From Eledone cirrhosa (Eukaryota), in contig OZ024741.1 of the NCBI GenBank assembly GCA_964016885.1, positions 67,952,001-68,016,000 of the forward strand: a stretch of DNA of 64,000 nucleotides, written 5' to 3'. Under the pieces are notes generated by a model. That model had not been told where the DNA came from. It did no database searches and worked only from the letters and a program-made list of their open reading frames with translations. This document shows positions 37,330 to 50,256 of this stretch, piece after piece; within the stretch, counting starts at the first letter, position 1; every line of letters starts with the position of its first letter. A program made the translations under genes and the position numbers.

Positions 37330-38060
37330 CTTCACAAATTGAAAGGTTATAGTTTTTTTCTGGGCGAAGATTCAAACTGATAAAGTCTTTCTTATCATTT
37401 CTAGAATTGAAGGTTTTCTTGAGTGACTACCTTTCTAGGTCTTACTACATTAATGCAGGTGTATCTCAGGGCTCCATCCTCGGGCTTATACTGTTCCTAA
37501 TTTGTATCAATAATATAGCCGAAGATATATTTTTGTCAATCACATCCTTACGTTGATACCACAACACTTTCTTCTGATCATGAGAGTAAGTCTGATCTGT
37601 TGAAAAAGTTGAATTGCCGGCTGATCTTCAATATGACGTATAAATGCCTGTAAGACGAAACTGCTACCTTTTAAATCGCCATAAAGAAACTCTTTTGATT
37701 TCTTTTAAAAAGACTGATCATAACCACCACGGGAGCAATTGTTTACGTCTTCTTGATATAACAATGAACCGGAAGGATTATATCTCATCGATTGTCAAGC
37801 CTGCTGTTCAGAAAGTTGGTTAGCTCTCTTTTCACACATGAAATTATCTTACATCTTTATAAGTTTTTTGTTTGTTTGTTTGTTTTTTTCCTTTTATTGA
37901 GTACTGTTGCCACATCTTCTCTGGTTTTTCTACTGTGTAGCTTAAGAGTCTGGATAAAATCCAATGAAGAAACGTCAACAATGTGGGTCCGGTCTTATGC
38001 CAGCTTTACTCTCTATCACACAGTTGAAAGTTTTCCTTTCAGTGCCTTTTCTATAAATAT
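37330..38060 (+). mobile_element. CR1/L2-like RT fragment
   Basis: NAGVSQGSILGLILFLICINN (GVPQGSILGP motif) near 37452 and a decayed YxDD near 37548. Confidence 0.65.
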
Positions 38061-38606
38061 TTTCAAAAAACCTTTTCTGAAATGAGGTGCAACAGAAATG
38101 GAACATGGATTTCAGGTTAAAATATAGTCTAGATAGATGCGAAATAAAACTAGGATGTAGTTTATGGAGCACCCAAATGATTTAAAAATCGAGCTTAAGT
38201 AGGAGAAATAACATTAAAAAAGACATGAACGACACCGTAACATTTTGTTTTGAAAATTTTGAAAGTAGGTTTATAAATATGAATTTTCATGAGACTTTTG
38301 TTGTTGTCTCAGTGGACTAGCCGTATATTCTAGAGACGGTGGAGATCCTGACCTTGAGTTAGATCCTGGTCAAGAACTACATGTAATCATTTTCAGTTTT
38401 TATTTTACATCCCATAGAAAAAAAAATGAAATGGTTTAAAAAAAAAAAAAAATTGTCCGGGAGAGACTGCCCTAACACCGGCCAGAGTTACCCCCCTTGA
38501 CCTGCTGCAAAATCAAAACAAGATATTTTTGCGAGCAATGAACCTTGATGTGGATTTAACCCCAAAAACTCTTTCCGAGCAATATAAGGAACACTTGTGA
38601 TTATTT

Positions 38607-38648
38607 ATGCCCTTGAGAAGCCCAACTGGGCGAAACGTACGTAGGTGA
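38607..38648 (+). ncRNA. Hammerhead-like variant (core CTTGAGAA)
   Basis: GCC-CTTGAGAA-GCCC AACT GGGC-GAAA-CGTACG-TA-GGT; palindromic stem III. Confidence 0.55.
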
Positions 38649-38870
38649 TATTTTAAATAAACATGTTTTAACGGTCTATTCTCCGATTTTTTACTTTCCC
38701 AACGTGCTTACGCTCTGCTAACTCTCTAGCCCACTAAATATTAACACTTCGAATATTTAATACTGCCGGCACTAGTATCGAGCACCTTTGGCATACGCTA
38801 CTTGGCAAATAACTATATGTATCACCTATCCCCCCTTTTTTTCTCTTTCTCGATACGTAAATACTATATA

Positions 38871-38952
<82 letters not shown>

Positions 38953-38969
38953 TATATATTATATATATA

Positions 38970-39019
<50 letters not shown>

Positions 39020-39220
39020 ATATATATATATATATATAATATATATATATATAATATATATATATAATATATATATAATATATATATATATACATATATA
39101 TACACATATATATACACATATATATGTGTATATGTATATATATATATTATGACACACACAGAAACAAAATGGCGTAGGACAGAAGAAAGGAAAGGCACAG
39201 AAACAAAGAAAGGAATCCCC

Positions 39221-39265
39221 AGTCACTGAAGAGGTCACAGAGTGTGTGACGAAAGGACTATGACT
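39221..39265 (+). ncRNA. Minimal type I hammerhead ribozyme
   Basis: AGTCA-CTGAAGA-G-GTCACA GAGTG TGTGAC-GAAA-GGAC-TA-TGACT; one unpaired G at the base of stem II. Confidence 0.7.
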
Positions 39266-39480
39266 ATATATAAACAACTATCTGGTTGTGGAACCAACCA
39301 ACCAGAAATTTATAAGTTTGTAGATTTGTAAATTTATAAATTTATAAATATATAATAAATTGAAGTGAAAGCAACTGGTGCGTGTGTTTCTTATTGGCAA
39401 CATGACCCTCCCAAAGTATAACAATATCGGTTTCAACACACGATTTCAGATAAAGAATCTTGCTAAACAAATTCAGAAAC

Positions 39481-39604
<124 letters not shown>

Positions 39605-40987
39605 GTGAGTGAAAGACCAAAGGTCATTATTGAAAGTCTCTGGATTTCGCAAAATACATATATTTTATTGCAGAAGCTAAGATATTTTTCCGCAAAAATT
39701 TGATTGCACTCTTTTGTTTCCACTTATGTATTTTTTTGAAAATGGCATATATTCATTATAAAAATTAAATGATAGCATTCAATCTGGCAACCAATATTTT
39801 TAGACGTAGTCCGCCAATGCCTGTACCTCAGTACACGGGTCAGAAGCGTAGTAAGGGACATTAATCCCTAGCTTACAGTCACCTTTGTGTAAGAAGAGTA
39901 ACTAAGGGCATATGGTCGGAATTAATCAGCATGGACTGCGAGTCCTTCTGACACTTTAGCTCCACAAAGCTATACTGGGGCAGTACGTTGCCATGGACGC
40001 CGACCAAAGGCAATAAATGTGACAGTGCAGGATTAAAAACTCAGTTGTTATGCTTGTTGAACCAAAAGCCATTTGAGAAATGTCTGCCCTCAAATGAAAA
40101 AACACAAAAACAAACCCAGCTAATATGATGATGGACTTGAGAACATTCTACCAGGAAAACACAAAACACAGACATTTATTTCTAATGAAGAAAAATATAT
40201 GCAAACAAATCAAGTAATTTTATTTAGACTATGTGGACGATTTTGTCGCTGAATCAAATGAAGAACTGCTTACTGTTAATTTTGGTGAGCCCCGCGAAAA
40301 ATATAATGCATGGTGGGCAGAAAAGAATAGTGGTGTCATTCGACCTAATTAGTAGGTGTTTACCTGTGTGTGGGTGGGTAACTTGAAATGTTTTTCATAT
40401 TTTATAATATATACGCTCATCACATTTAATATGGGCTGGAAGGGTAGAGCATTGAAATTTTTAGTCAACATCAATTTCATCCGTTGATTTCAAGTAATTA
40501 CACGTAATATATGGGTGCCGAGGTTCAATTATATACTTAGTTTAAATATGTTACACGTTCGTCTGCTCTTGTACCGAAATAATTCATGTGTTTATATAGC
40601 TTAAAAATTCAATGGTGCTTTCCGTATTAGTTATTTGATTCTCCATAAAAATATAATTATTTTTAATCTGCTTAAATCTGATACTAGCCAATATGGAGTA
40701 TATAAGTGTTTAGGTAAAGTTTAAGCTCATAGTACTGATGTAACATACCGCCATATGTAGATATGATTTTATCCTTCAAGGATAAAATCATATCTATGTA
40801 AGAATATATATGTAAACTATATATTTAAAAATATTTATTTACTGACACACTCTATCTTTGTGTCTCTCTGCCTTTCTCTCTCTCTCTCTCTGTATATATA
40901 AATATTATATATATATAGAGAGAGAAAGAGATAGATAGATACATATTTTATTTATTTACATATGTATATATATATATATGTGTGTGT

Positions 40988-41688
40988 ACTATGCTATACT
41001 ATACTACACTATACTATACTATGCTATGCTATGCTATGCTATGCTATGCTATGCTATGCTATGCTATGCTATGCTATGCTATGCTATGCTATGCTATGCT
41101 ATGCTATGCTATGCTATGCTATGCTATGCTATGCTATGCTATGCTATGCTATGCTATGCTATGCTATGCTATGCTATGCTATGCTATGCTATGCTATGCT
41201 ATGCTATGCTATGCTATGCTATGCTATGCTATGCTATGCTATGCTATGCTATACTATACTATACTATACTATACTATACTATACTATACTATACTATACT
41301 ATACTATACTATACTATACTATACTATACTATACTATACTATACTATACTATACTATACTATACTATACTATACTATACTATACTATACTATACTATACT
41401 ATACTATACTATACTATACTATACTATACTATACTATACTATACTATACTATACTATACTATACTATACTATACTATACTATACTATACTATACTATACT
41501 ATACTATACTATACTATACTATACTATACTATACTATACTATACTATACTATACTATACTATACTATACTATACTATACTATACTATACTATACTATACT
41601 ATACTATACTATACTATACTATACTATACTATACTATACTATACTATACTATACTATACTATACTATACTATACTATACTATACTATA
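40988..41688. repeat. Pentanucleotide array (ATGCT)n switching to (ATACT)n at 41250/41251
   Basis: Direct reading. Confidence 0.95.
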
Positions 41689-42156
41689 TGGCTAACTGCC
41701 GTTGTCCGAGAACAGAGAAATATGTCCAAAATTCATTTTCTACAATTAGCCATTCTTCAAGATTGATTTGAGAGTGGGAGGGTGACTGCATCCATACACC
41801 CACCTCTCATAATGAATTACAGAAATACTGTATCATATATACTGTTTAATACAGTATCATTCTCTATCTGATTCATTCAGATGAATCAAACAAATATCTA
41901 TATTTTTAAGACACTACGTGAAAAGATTTCTGAACTTACAGCTTTAATATCTTTTCTTAAGTCATATCTCATTAGAAATAAATCCTTGTACACTATATTG
42001 TTTAACCTAACAAGAAACGACTGGCCTATACATTGGGAGAGGATATTAATATACCAGCTGTTAATATATCAGAAAACCACAGAGATACTTAAGGACTTAC
42101 GACCTAATTTTATGTGTATTTCTCTTTGTAACAATAGAGTAAAATGACATATCTGC

Positions 42157-42256
<100 letters not shown>

Positions 42257-42444
42257 GTTTAGAAGAACCGAAGTCAATGTTACAGCATATGTATTGAGTG
42301 CTTCGAACGGTGCACCGCCTGTAACTGTTATTGTTAAACACCTAACATATATATATATATATATATAGTGAAAGAATGAAGAATAACATGGTCAACAGTA
42401 CAAAAAGGGTTTTATTTACAGTATTACGTTAATTTGTTATCCCG

Positions 42445-42482
<38 letters not shown>

Positions 42483-42496
42483 AGTATGTGTGAGTG

Positions 42497-42987
42497 TTGT
42501 ATATCGAATAATATACGGCATGTTTACAAATAAGCGTTTGAAAGCCTTTAGCTACGAATTTTGGAACTTGTGGTGGGGCACCATTACCGAGGGTCGTTTC
42601 TGACTAATGGTCGTTATTAAGGTTATGCTCCCCCCTTATCTCGCTTTCTCCTGGAACTCAAAATAGGCGCAAACATATAGTTTTCACACCTATGCACGTG
42701 GCCTGATTAGCTTCATTTGCATACTGAGCTGTAAGCTCGCTGAGACTGAACAAGAAATATAATTAAGGCGTTCGCTCCAAACGACCATCAGTCAGAAACA
42801 GCCGTCGATAATTTTCCTGCTGGAACTCCCTAGGTGGCGCCATGCCACCAGCTTCCAAAATTCATAGGTAAAGGCTTTCCAATGTTTATTTGTAAACATA
42901 CCGTATATTAGTCGATATACAAAATGCACATAGTTATATGTATACAGCTATGCTGGAGCGAACACCTTAATTATATTTCTTATTCAG
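42497..42987. repeat. Overlapping inverted repeats
   Basis: 42497-42615 versus 42779-42922, and 42746-42779 versus 42954-42987. Confidence 0.75.
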
Positions 42988-43426
42988 AACGTGCAACCAC
43001 TGACGTATTCGAAATGTGCAGAAACAGGTTGATGTAATAAAAGAGGATGTATACGTAATACTGTCTCTCAAAAAAAAAACTAGGTCCGATGCTTATATAT
43101 ACAGCCATCATCTCAGTAATCACAACAAACACTATATTTGTGTCGCATCAACTGTCTGAAGAGTAGATCGACAATGGTGTCGGGTTCACAACTTCTCTGG
43201 GTGCCCTGAGCCAATCTTCTGTGAAACGTGTGTAACAAGTCGATACACAATACAAATCTTAATACATGTAAACGAAACTTCATCGTTCTTATTAATATAT
43301 ACACTCTGCCTGTATGTAGAGTGCCTGTTTTGGAACCACCACCAGTAATCCACTGAATTGCCTACACTGTCTATATGTGTGTGTGTGTATGTGTGTATAA
43401 ATATATATATATATGTACATATATAA

Positions 43427-43507
<81 letters not shown>

Positions 43508-44113
43508 CTGTTATCAATTCTGACTATCACATCATTAGATGACTAGTTTTCGGTTGGTTATAAATTGACGTTGAATAAAAAATAATGAGCAACTTTTGGT
43601 GCAATTTTCTTTTTGTGTACTCTGATTTTGGAAAGCAGGTAAAGTTAGGTGCCTATTTCAGTTTCAAAATAGAGACCATATTAGTTCATCATCCGAATGT
43701 AATTTTCCCTTTATAATATAATAAATTTGCTACTCAATTCACAAGGCAATATAGCCAACAGTTTTACAAGTCGTAGCATTTTATGTGGTTATACATGATT
43801 TCATCCGTTTCAATAACAGTATTGCTATAACTAAAGGAAATTTTAATTGACCTAGTCTGAACAAGAGACGCCTGCTTAGCTGTATGAATTTATCAGTACT
43901 CCATGATTGCATGTTCATTTTCATTTGTGTCATGCGGAAATTACCAGTTTTAACAACGTGAAGTTCAAAATGATCTAATATTATTATAAAAGTGAGAATT
44001 ATTTCTCATTGCAATATCATTCCAAAATTGTATATATTACTCTCTATTTAAAATTTGCACACGTTTTCACTCGCTAACTACCTCAAAGTTGTATATACAT
44101 ATGCAGATATATA

Positions 44114-44233
<120 letters not shown>

Positions 44234-44271
44234 ATATATATATAGAAATTCGATTCTCGCTAATCTTTACT

Positions 44272-44332
<61 letters not shown>

Positions 44333-45374
44333 GGGGGGGGGACCAGACAGGCAAAGAGAGAGGGTGAGAGAGAGGGAGAGAGATGCATTGCCAAAGAAAA
44401 CTCGGATAGCAAGTCAAAGAATTTACATAGATAGTAAAATTTTGATTATTGAATCTACTTGAATAGGTTGCTGTAATTAAGCTATCAATTATACACCTTT
44501 CTACATAGGTTATATACCTTTTTTTCCTCCACCAATATGCAAATAGTAAAATCTAATGAAGTCTTCGGAAGGCATGTATGAGCACTAATAGTGAAGTATA
44601 TGTCAAATACATTGGACAGCAAGAGCTGGAGCCCATGTAGCTGGGTGTGACTACATTTAAAATATACTCCGAGCTATTGAAAGTGACTTCGCACAAACAC
44701 CTGAAGCACAGAAATTGGCCAACAAAGTGGACTGTCTGGAAATTCGTCAGATGGTCATGATCTTAAATTCAAGTTGTGTACAATTGAACAGCACAAATAA
44801 AGATTTTCAAGGATAGAGTGATTGAACTAACTGATTCTCTAAAAAAGTTTCCAAAATTCTTTCGTGTTAGGTATTAAATGTTAAAACTGACAACCAAGAA
44901 CTTCTGAGTCATCACCTACTAGAAAGCAACAATAGGTAAGCCAACACGACATCAGTCTGACAGGAAATTCTTCGTCTTCCAGGAGACAAGCTCAGATGCA
45001 GGACTTTTAATGCATTAATATTATTTTAGATCAGTTGAGTGTTGCCTTACAAAAGTGCAGGTTAACCTATAAATTAGTGCATAAGATCAAACCCATAGTG
45101 AAATTATGTAGTTTATCTGATGCAGAAATAATAATTGAAGCTGAGAAATTTATCACTGCCCTATGCATTTAGTTATGTAGTGATGGAAGACATTGTGCAT
45201 TTTGTAACCTCGTGTCATGGCTTAAGCCATCACAACATGAAGTATTACTCCATGATGAATGGCTTTCCGATATCTTTCCAGGTGTTGATGTAGTTATTAT
45301 AATATATTTAAGCGTTAGTAAGTGACATAATTCAGCAAATTAGCACTCATAAAGATTTAAGTGAGAATCATAAT

Positions 45375-45552
45375 TGTTTCTACTTTTGGCACAAGGCCAA
45401 CAATTATCCCAGTGTATTACTGGTACTTTATTTTATCGACCTATTAAGGATGAAAGTTAACCTTGGTGGGACTTGAACTCAGACCGAAAAGGGACGTAAC
45501 TCTATGCTGCAAAGCATGGCGTCCGACTCTCTACCGATACTGCCAATCCACC
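45375..45552 (-). mobile_element. SINE family A copy with 14-bp TSD
   Basis: GTGAGAATCATAAT at 45361-45374 and 45553-45566. Confidence 0.85.
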
Positions 45553-45589
45553 GTGAGAATCATAATGACCCACAAAAGAGCTCTCTGCC

Positions 45590-46012
45590 TAGAGGATGTA
45601 GAAAGCTGGTATCTCCGTTGGAGGCTGGGAAAAGGCTGCCAATGATCGAACTCTGTGGATGGAAGCTGTATATGAAGGGAAAGTATACTTTGAAACGGAC
45701 CGAATAAATTATGAAATGTGAAGAATGCTTGAAAGTGGAGTTGTCGGGAGCGTAGGGAAGCAAGGAGAGTTGACATGCAATGAGTGTGGGAGGACCGCCT
45801 TAACAAAGCTAGATTAAAGAGTCACAAAATGAGCCATGTATACAGGGTTGATGAAGGTTAAGTTGGGGCGTATGGTATATCAATCTGACATCAGTGGGGG
45901 TAACGTTTGTCAATCAGCACGATGTCTGAGGCGGCATATGAAGGTACATAGCAACCAGCCATCGATTCTTGTTGCTGGCCTAAATGCCGTATGTATGTAT
46001 ATATGTATGTAT
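45590..46012 (+). mobile_element. RTE-like LINE 3' end with C2H2-like remnant and (GTAT)n tail
   Basis: VCQSARCLRRHMKVH followed by (GTAT)n. Confidence 0.45.
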
Positions 46013-46360
46013 GTCCCCGCGCATATCGGGCTGGATACCCGATGGCGTGGTTAAACCACTGTGAGTGAAGGCTCTCTAGCCTTTGTCAGGGCATTCTTCT
46101 AGGAGAAGGCAACTCAGGAAACTGGGAAAACTCCGATATAAAACCTGCAGTTCAGTAATTACCGATGATGTTGATCTTTCCTTCTTTTCTCAGAGAGTGG
46201 GATTGGCTCAGTGCACAGTCTTTCCTCATTTTTAAAAAAATGTTCACGCAGTCATTACACGATAGAATTAATTAATAATTATTAATAATGGTATATCGAG
46301 CAATGGCCATACTCGATAACGAGGGAGCAGCCATCATGTCATCATGTATGTATGTATGCG
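46013..46360 (+). mobile_element. Short non-coding retroelement, probably RTE-derived, with (ATGT)n tail; copies at 54968-55205, 54512-54880 and 55361-55515 on the minus strand
   Basis: Shared 3' end GGCC(A/G)TACTCGA(T/A)AACGAG..GGCAGCCA followed by (ATGT)n, and shared CTCCGATATAAAACCTG...GATGTTGATC...GAGAGTGGGA. Confidence 0.7.
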
Positions 46361-47329
46361 TGCATGAATGCGTGCATGTATATATGCATGCATGTATATA
46401 TTATGCATGCATGTATGTATGTATGCATGCATGCATTTATATATGTATACATATGCATACATATATCTATACATATATGTATTAAAGAAAAGAAAAAGTA
46501 TGAACAGAAGACAAACATGAAATGCGAAACAAACGACATTTGAGTCTAAAATCTCGGCAAATCTCGTATTCAAATCGATATTCGTTTGTGTTTTTGTGCC
46601 AAACAAACCATGTAGCTTTAATTTCCGGTCAGTATATTTCCATTGTTACTATATTCTTTGTTCCAGTGATGTAATATAAATTTCTATTTCTTTATACTTT
46701 AGAGCCTTTCCCTTTTACAAGCGTGTTTCTTTATCTATTTTTTCTGTATTACATTTAGACTTTACCATTTATCTCAATGTTTCTCTTTCCCATTCTTTCT
46801 CTCTTTCTTTTTATCCGTCTCCTCTTATTGTTCATCAATATAGCCATCCACCTATTTAACTTACACTGATACAGAAATAAAACTATGCCTCTAAACACTC
46901 ATACACAACATTTGTACCTTTTGAATTGTTATGTCTTCCATTTTGTTTTCTCGTATTTTTCCGTTTTCCCTTTGTTTTTGTTCTGTTTTTATAACTTCCA
47001 CTATCTATTTTCTCTTCCACTTCTATCTGTCTGTTTCTAATTATGTATTCAATCATTTTCAGTTTCCCTATTGTTAATATTTTCTTTCAGTGGTGTATGT
47101 CTGTATGCGTTTCGATATAAACCTGAAATTACTCAATAGCAACGCTTCTTCATTCATTTTATATTCCAATGATCCCGTTAATATCACGTTCCTTGCCAAG
47201 AAAGGAACGTGACGTGAGTACATATATTGTAAATGTATGTGTGTGTGTGCGTGTTTGTGTGTATGCATACATATATACACATGTATATGTATTTCTCTCT
47301 TTCTCTTTTTCTCTATCTCTCTCTTAATA

Positions 47330-47385
<56 letters not shown>

Positions 47386-47505
47386 ATGTGTATATAAATA
47401 TATATATTTAATATAGAAATAAGCCATTTCTATATTAAATATTCATACACTGCTATGTATTGAGTACCTTACTTACTGTGGTTACCCCCGATTGAACCGG
47501 GGATA

Positions 47506-47539
<34 letters not shown>

Positions 47540-47599
47540 ACACATATCGGACGTTGATTTTCGTTAATTCCTGAGCTGAAAACGATTCTCGCTAATTTA

Positions 47600-47642
<43 letters not shown>

Positions 47643-47906
47643 GTGTGTGTATGTGTATATACGACAATGACGTATCTGTTAATGAACAACTGTGTACAAA
47701 TGGTTTTGTAAACAGTTGATCTTTAAAGAATAAGAATCATCAGAAAAACCATTCTTCATGTTTTTCCAACATATTTTTCTCTACCCAGGATTTCTTTTAT
47801 ATCTCATGTATCACATATATATACACAAAGAGAGAATGTGTGTGTATATATATCAGAGAGAGAGAGAGGTGGGGAGATGGAGGGAGGGTGATATATCTAT
47901 ATATAT

Positions 47907-47956
<50 letters not shown>

Positions 47957-47958
<2 letters not shown>

Positions 47959-48090
47959 TTTCTTTATTGGCCACAAGGGCTGACATCAAGAAAAACATTA
48001 CAGACGGCACAGGACTGTACGATGTGGGTTTTGTGCGTGTAAATATTTATATTATTTATATAAGAAAAGAAACAAAAAGGACATAGAAAC
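47957..48090 (-). mobile_element. Short 3' fragment of the Tx1 family inside a (TAA)n tract
   Basis: GATTTCTTTATTGGCCACAAGGGC matches 13485 GATTTCTTTATTAGTCACAAGGGC; (TAA)n at 47908-47956 and 48091-48112. Confidence 0.65.
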
Positions 48091-49091
48091 ATAATAATAA
48101 TAATAATAATAAAGGACGAGGTGTTAGATCTTCATTATATTTATTGAGGTGTGACGTTCGTTTCGCGATTGATCAGCTCAAGGCTCGATTTGTACCGATC
48201 TTTCCCGAATCAAAAGCTCGTCGAACTGCTGTTATTGTAATGACAGAATGATTCCCTTACAGCTTTAAATAAGTACATATCAGTTCTAATTCATTTATGG
48301 TGGTCAATTATACTTCATTTTGATTTGTGGTGTTGCAAGAAGAAATGATTGGGTATGTTTGATATTTGAGGAGAAAAATAAAAGGAAGAAACGGATTGAG
48401 GAGATGAAAGATTGATGTTGGTGTACATCACTTGGTAAAGGTGGAGATGGAGTGGTGTTTTGGGTGGTTCGTAGATACTCTGGCGTTTATGTGATGGTTT
48501 TGGGGTGAGATTCAAATGATGAATAGATGCGATAGCGGAAAAGAGGGGGCTAGTGGTCAGATATGCAGTACAAAGGAAAAAAGAAAATAAGAAGAAAAGG
48601 AAAAGGAATTCTAGTGTCCATGAGGTGGTGGGGAATAAAGATAACAGTAAACATTTTTGGAAGTAGATAGAAAGATAGTATTTAAATGTTGGCGACTAAA
48701 TAAACAAATGTCTGAATTAGTACACAAAACAAATAAATACTGGAATTTTATGCAGGGGCCGTGGAAGCACTTCTGAATTGGTGGGGGAGATTTGGTCAAT
48801 TTAGTTGTAATGATTAGGTTAGCTCCTTGCACTCTAAAATGTCCAGAAAACTTCGATATGCGATAAACATAACATGTACATTAACTCTAGCGCATATCCA
48901 AATAGATGTTCGTTTTGGTAGTTTAGGGAGAAAAATTAGAATTTTTTTTTGAGGGGGGGGGGGGTCGAGGGGGCATAACCCCGCTATTTGTTTTTTAACA
49001 TTGTATATGCTCCGATGATACCAGACGTTTCTCTGGAAGAAACGATCGTTAGCAATTAAATGCATTAAACAAAAATTTGATTGTTTTCTGT

Positions 49092-49135
<44 letters not shown>

Positions 49136-49216
49136 CATACATAGATTGGTTTATTATGGCTATTGGTGAGCTGTGTTACTCTAAAGTTTCACCTGCGTAC
49201 TCATAAGATGTCCAGT

Positions 49217-49265
49217 CATGTCTGATGATCCTGTAAGTACGTAGGTGAAACTCTAGAGTAACAAG
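49217..49265 (+). ncRNA. Type I hammerhead ribozyme within a fold-back (49151-49201 versus 49236-49286)
   Basis: CATGT-CTGATGA-TCCT...AGGT-GAAA-CTCTAGAG-TA-ACAAG; palindromic stem III. Confidence 0.65.
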
Positions 49266-49349
49266 GTTCGTCACTTAGCCATAATATATGAACATTTAAA
49301 CTTTACTTCGAACTTCGATATTGGGTTTTCCTTGATCATTTTATTTTAC

Positions 49350-50256
49350 ACTAGCAGTGGTACCCGCGTTTCACGGGATAAGGTATTTTAGAACGCGAGC
49401 CGGTTACAGACCTAATCGTGCAAAACCTGCATGCCTGGACAATATGTAAAGAAAATAAACAGAATACTCTGATGCTGGATAATCTTTAAGATTTTCCTCG
49501 ATGAAGAAGGAAAAATGCAGATTTTCACCTAATGCGGGCCCTAGGGGATCAAGAAAATGAATTTTTTTAATGTGCATAATATGCCTTGAAATTTGGGGAA
49601 AATCGGCTAGACGTAACGCCTCCAAAAAGCCCTTAGAAGCTGAAAAAATTAAGATTTTCACCTAATGCGGGCCCTAGACCATAAAAAAGTTGGATTTTCT
49701 TTCCCCACGGTATGAAGAAGAGGCTGACTAATACATAGTTACAATTTCAAGGAAATCGGTCTGACGTAACGTCTCAAAAAAGCCCTAAAAATCTTTAAAA
49801 ACGCAGTTTTTCACCTAATGCGGGCCCTAGGAGATAAAAATAAGTTGAATTTTTTAGGTGCATAACACTCCCTGAAACATAAGTAAAGTTTGAAAAAAAT
49901 CGGTTGGGTACTTCTCGAGTTTTAGGGATTCAAACTCACAGACACACACACAGACATCCTCAGGGAAGTGACGTAATGCAGACAGCCAGAAATACAGACA
50001 GATATTATAAGGGTGGGACGTTATATGTATGTATCTATCTAAAAAGAGAAAGACTAAGAATTATAGAGCGAGATCACTAAATCGCCTAATCCGGTCCATA
50101 GGGCATTGAAAATTTGAAATTGTTTTTGCTCAGAACACTCCCTGAAACATAAGTATTACATGTGTAACGTTTTAAAACAGTCGGTTTGGTGGTTCTCGAG
50201 TTTTAGGGATTCAAACTCACACACACACAGACATCCTCAGTTTTATATATATAGAT
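49350..50256 (+). mobile_element. Non-autonomous Helitron/Helentron (DINE/HINE-like) element
   Basis: Starts ACTAG..CCCGCGTTTCACGGG; internal repeat TTTTCACCTAATGCGGGCCCTAG x3; duplicated 3' module AATCGG..TTCTCGAGTTTTAGGGATTCAAACTCAC(AC/AG)n; ends TTTTATATATATAGAT. Confidence 0.6.

Noticed and set aside
40962-41771. Three ORFs of 237-269 aa (CYAML/YYTIL repeats)
   Set aside because: Open in all three frames because the pentanucleotide repeat has no stop on this strand
47695-47755. Minus-strand GGTTTTT-CTGATGA...AAAGATC-AACTGTTTA-CAAAACC
   Set aside because: Possibly a fossil HHR but the GAAA box is missing; not called as a feature
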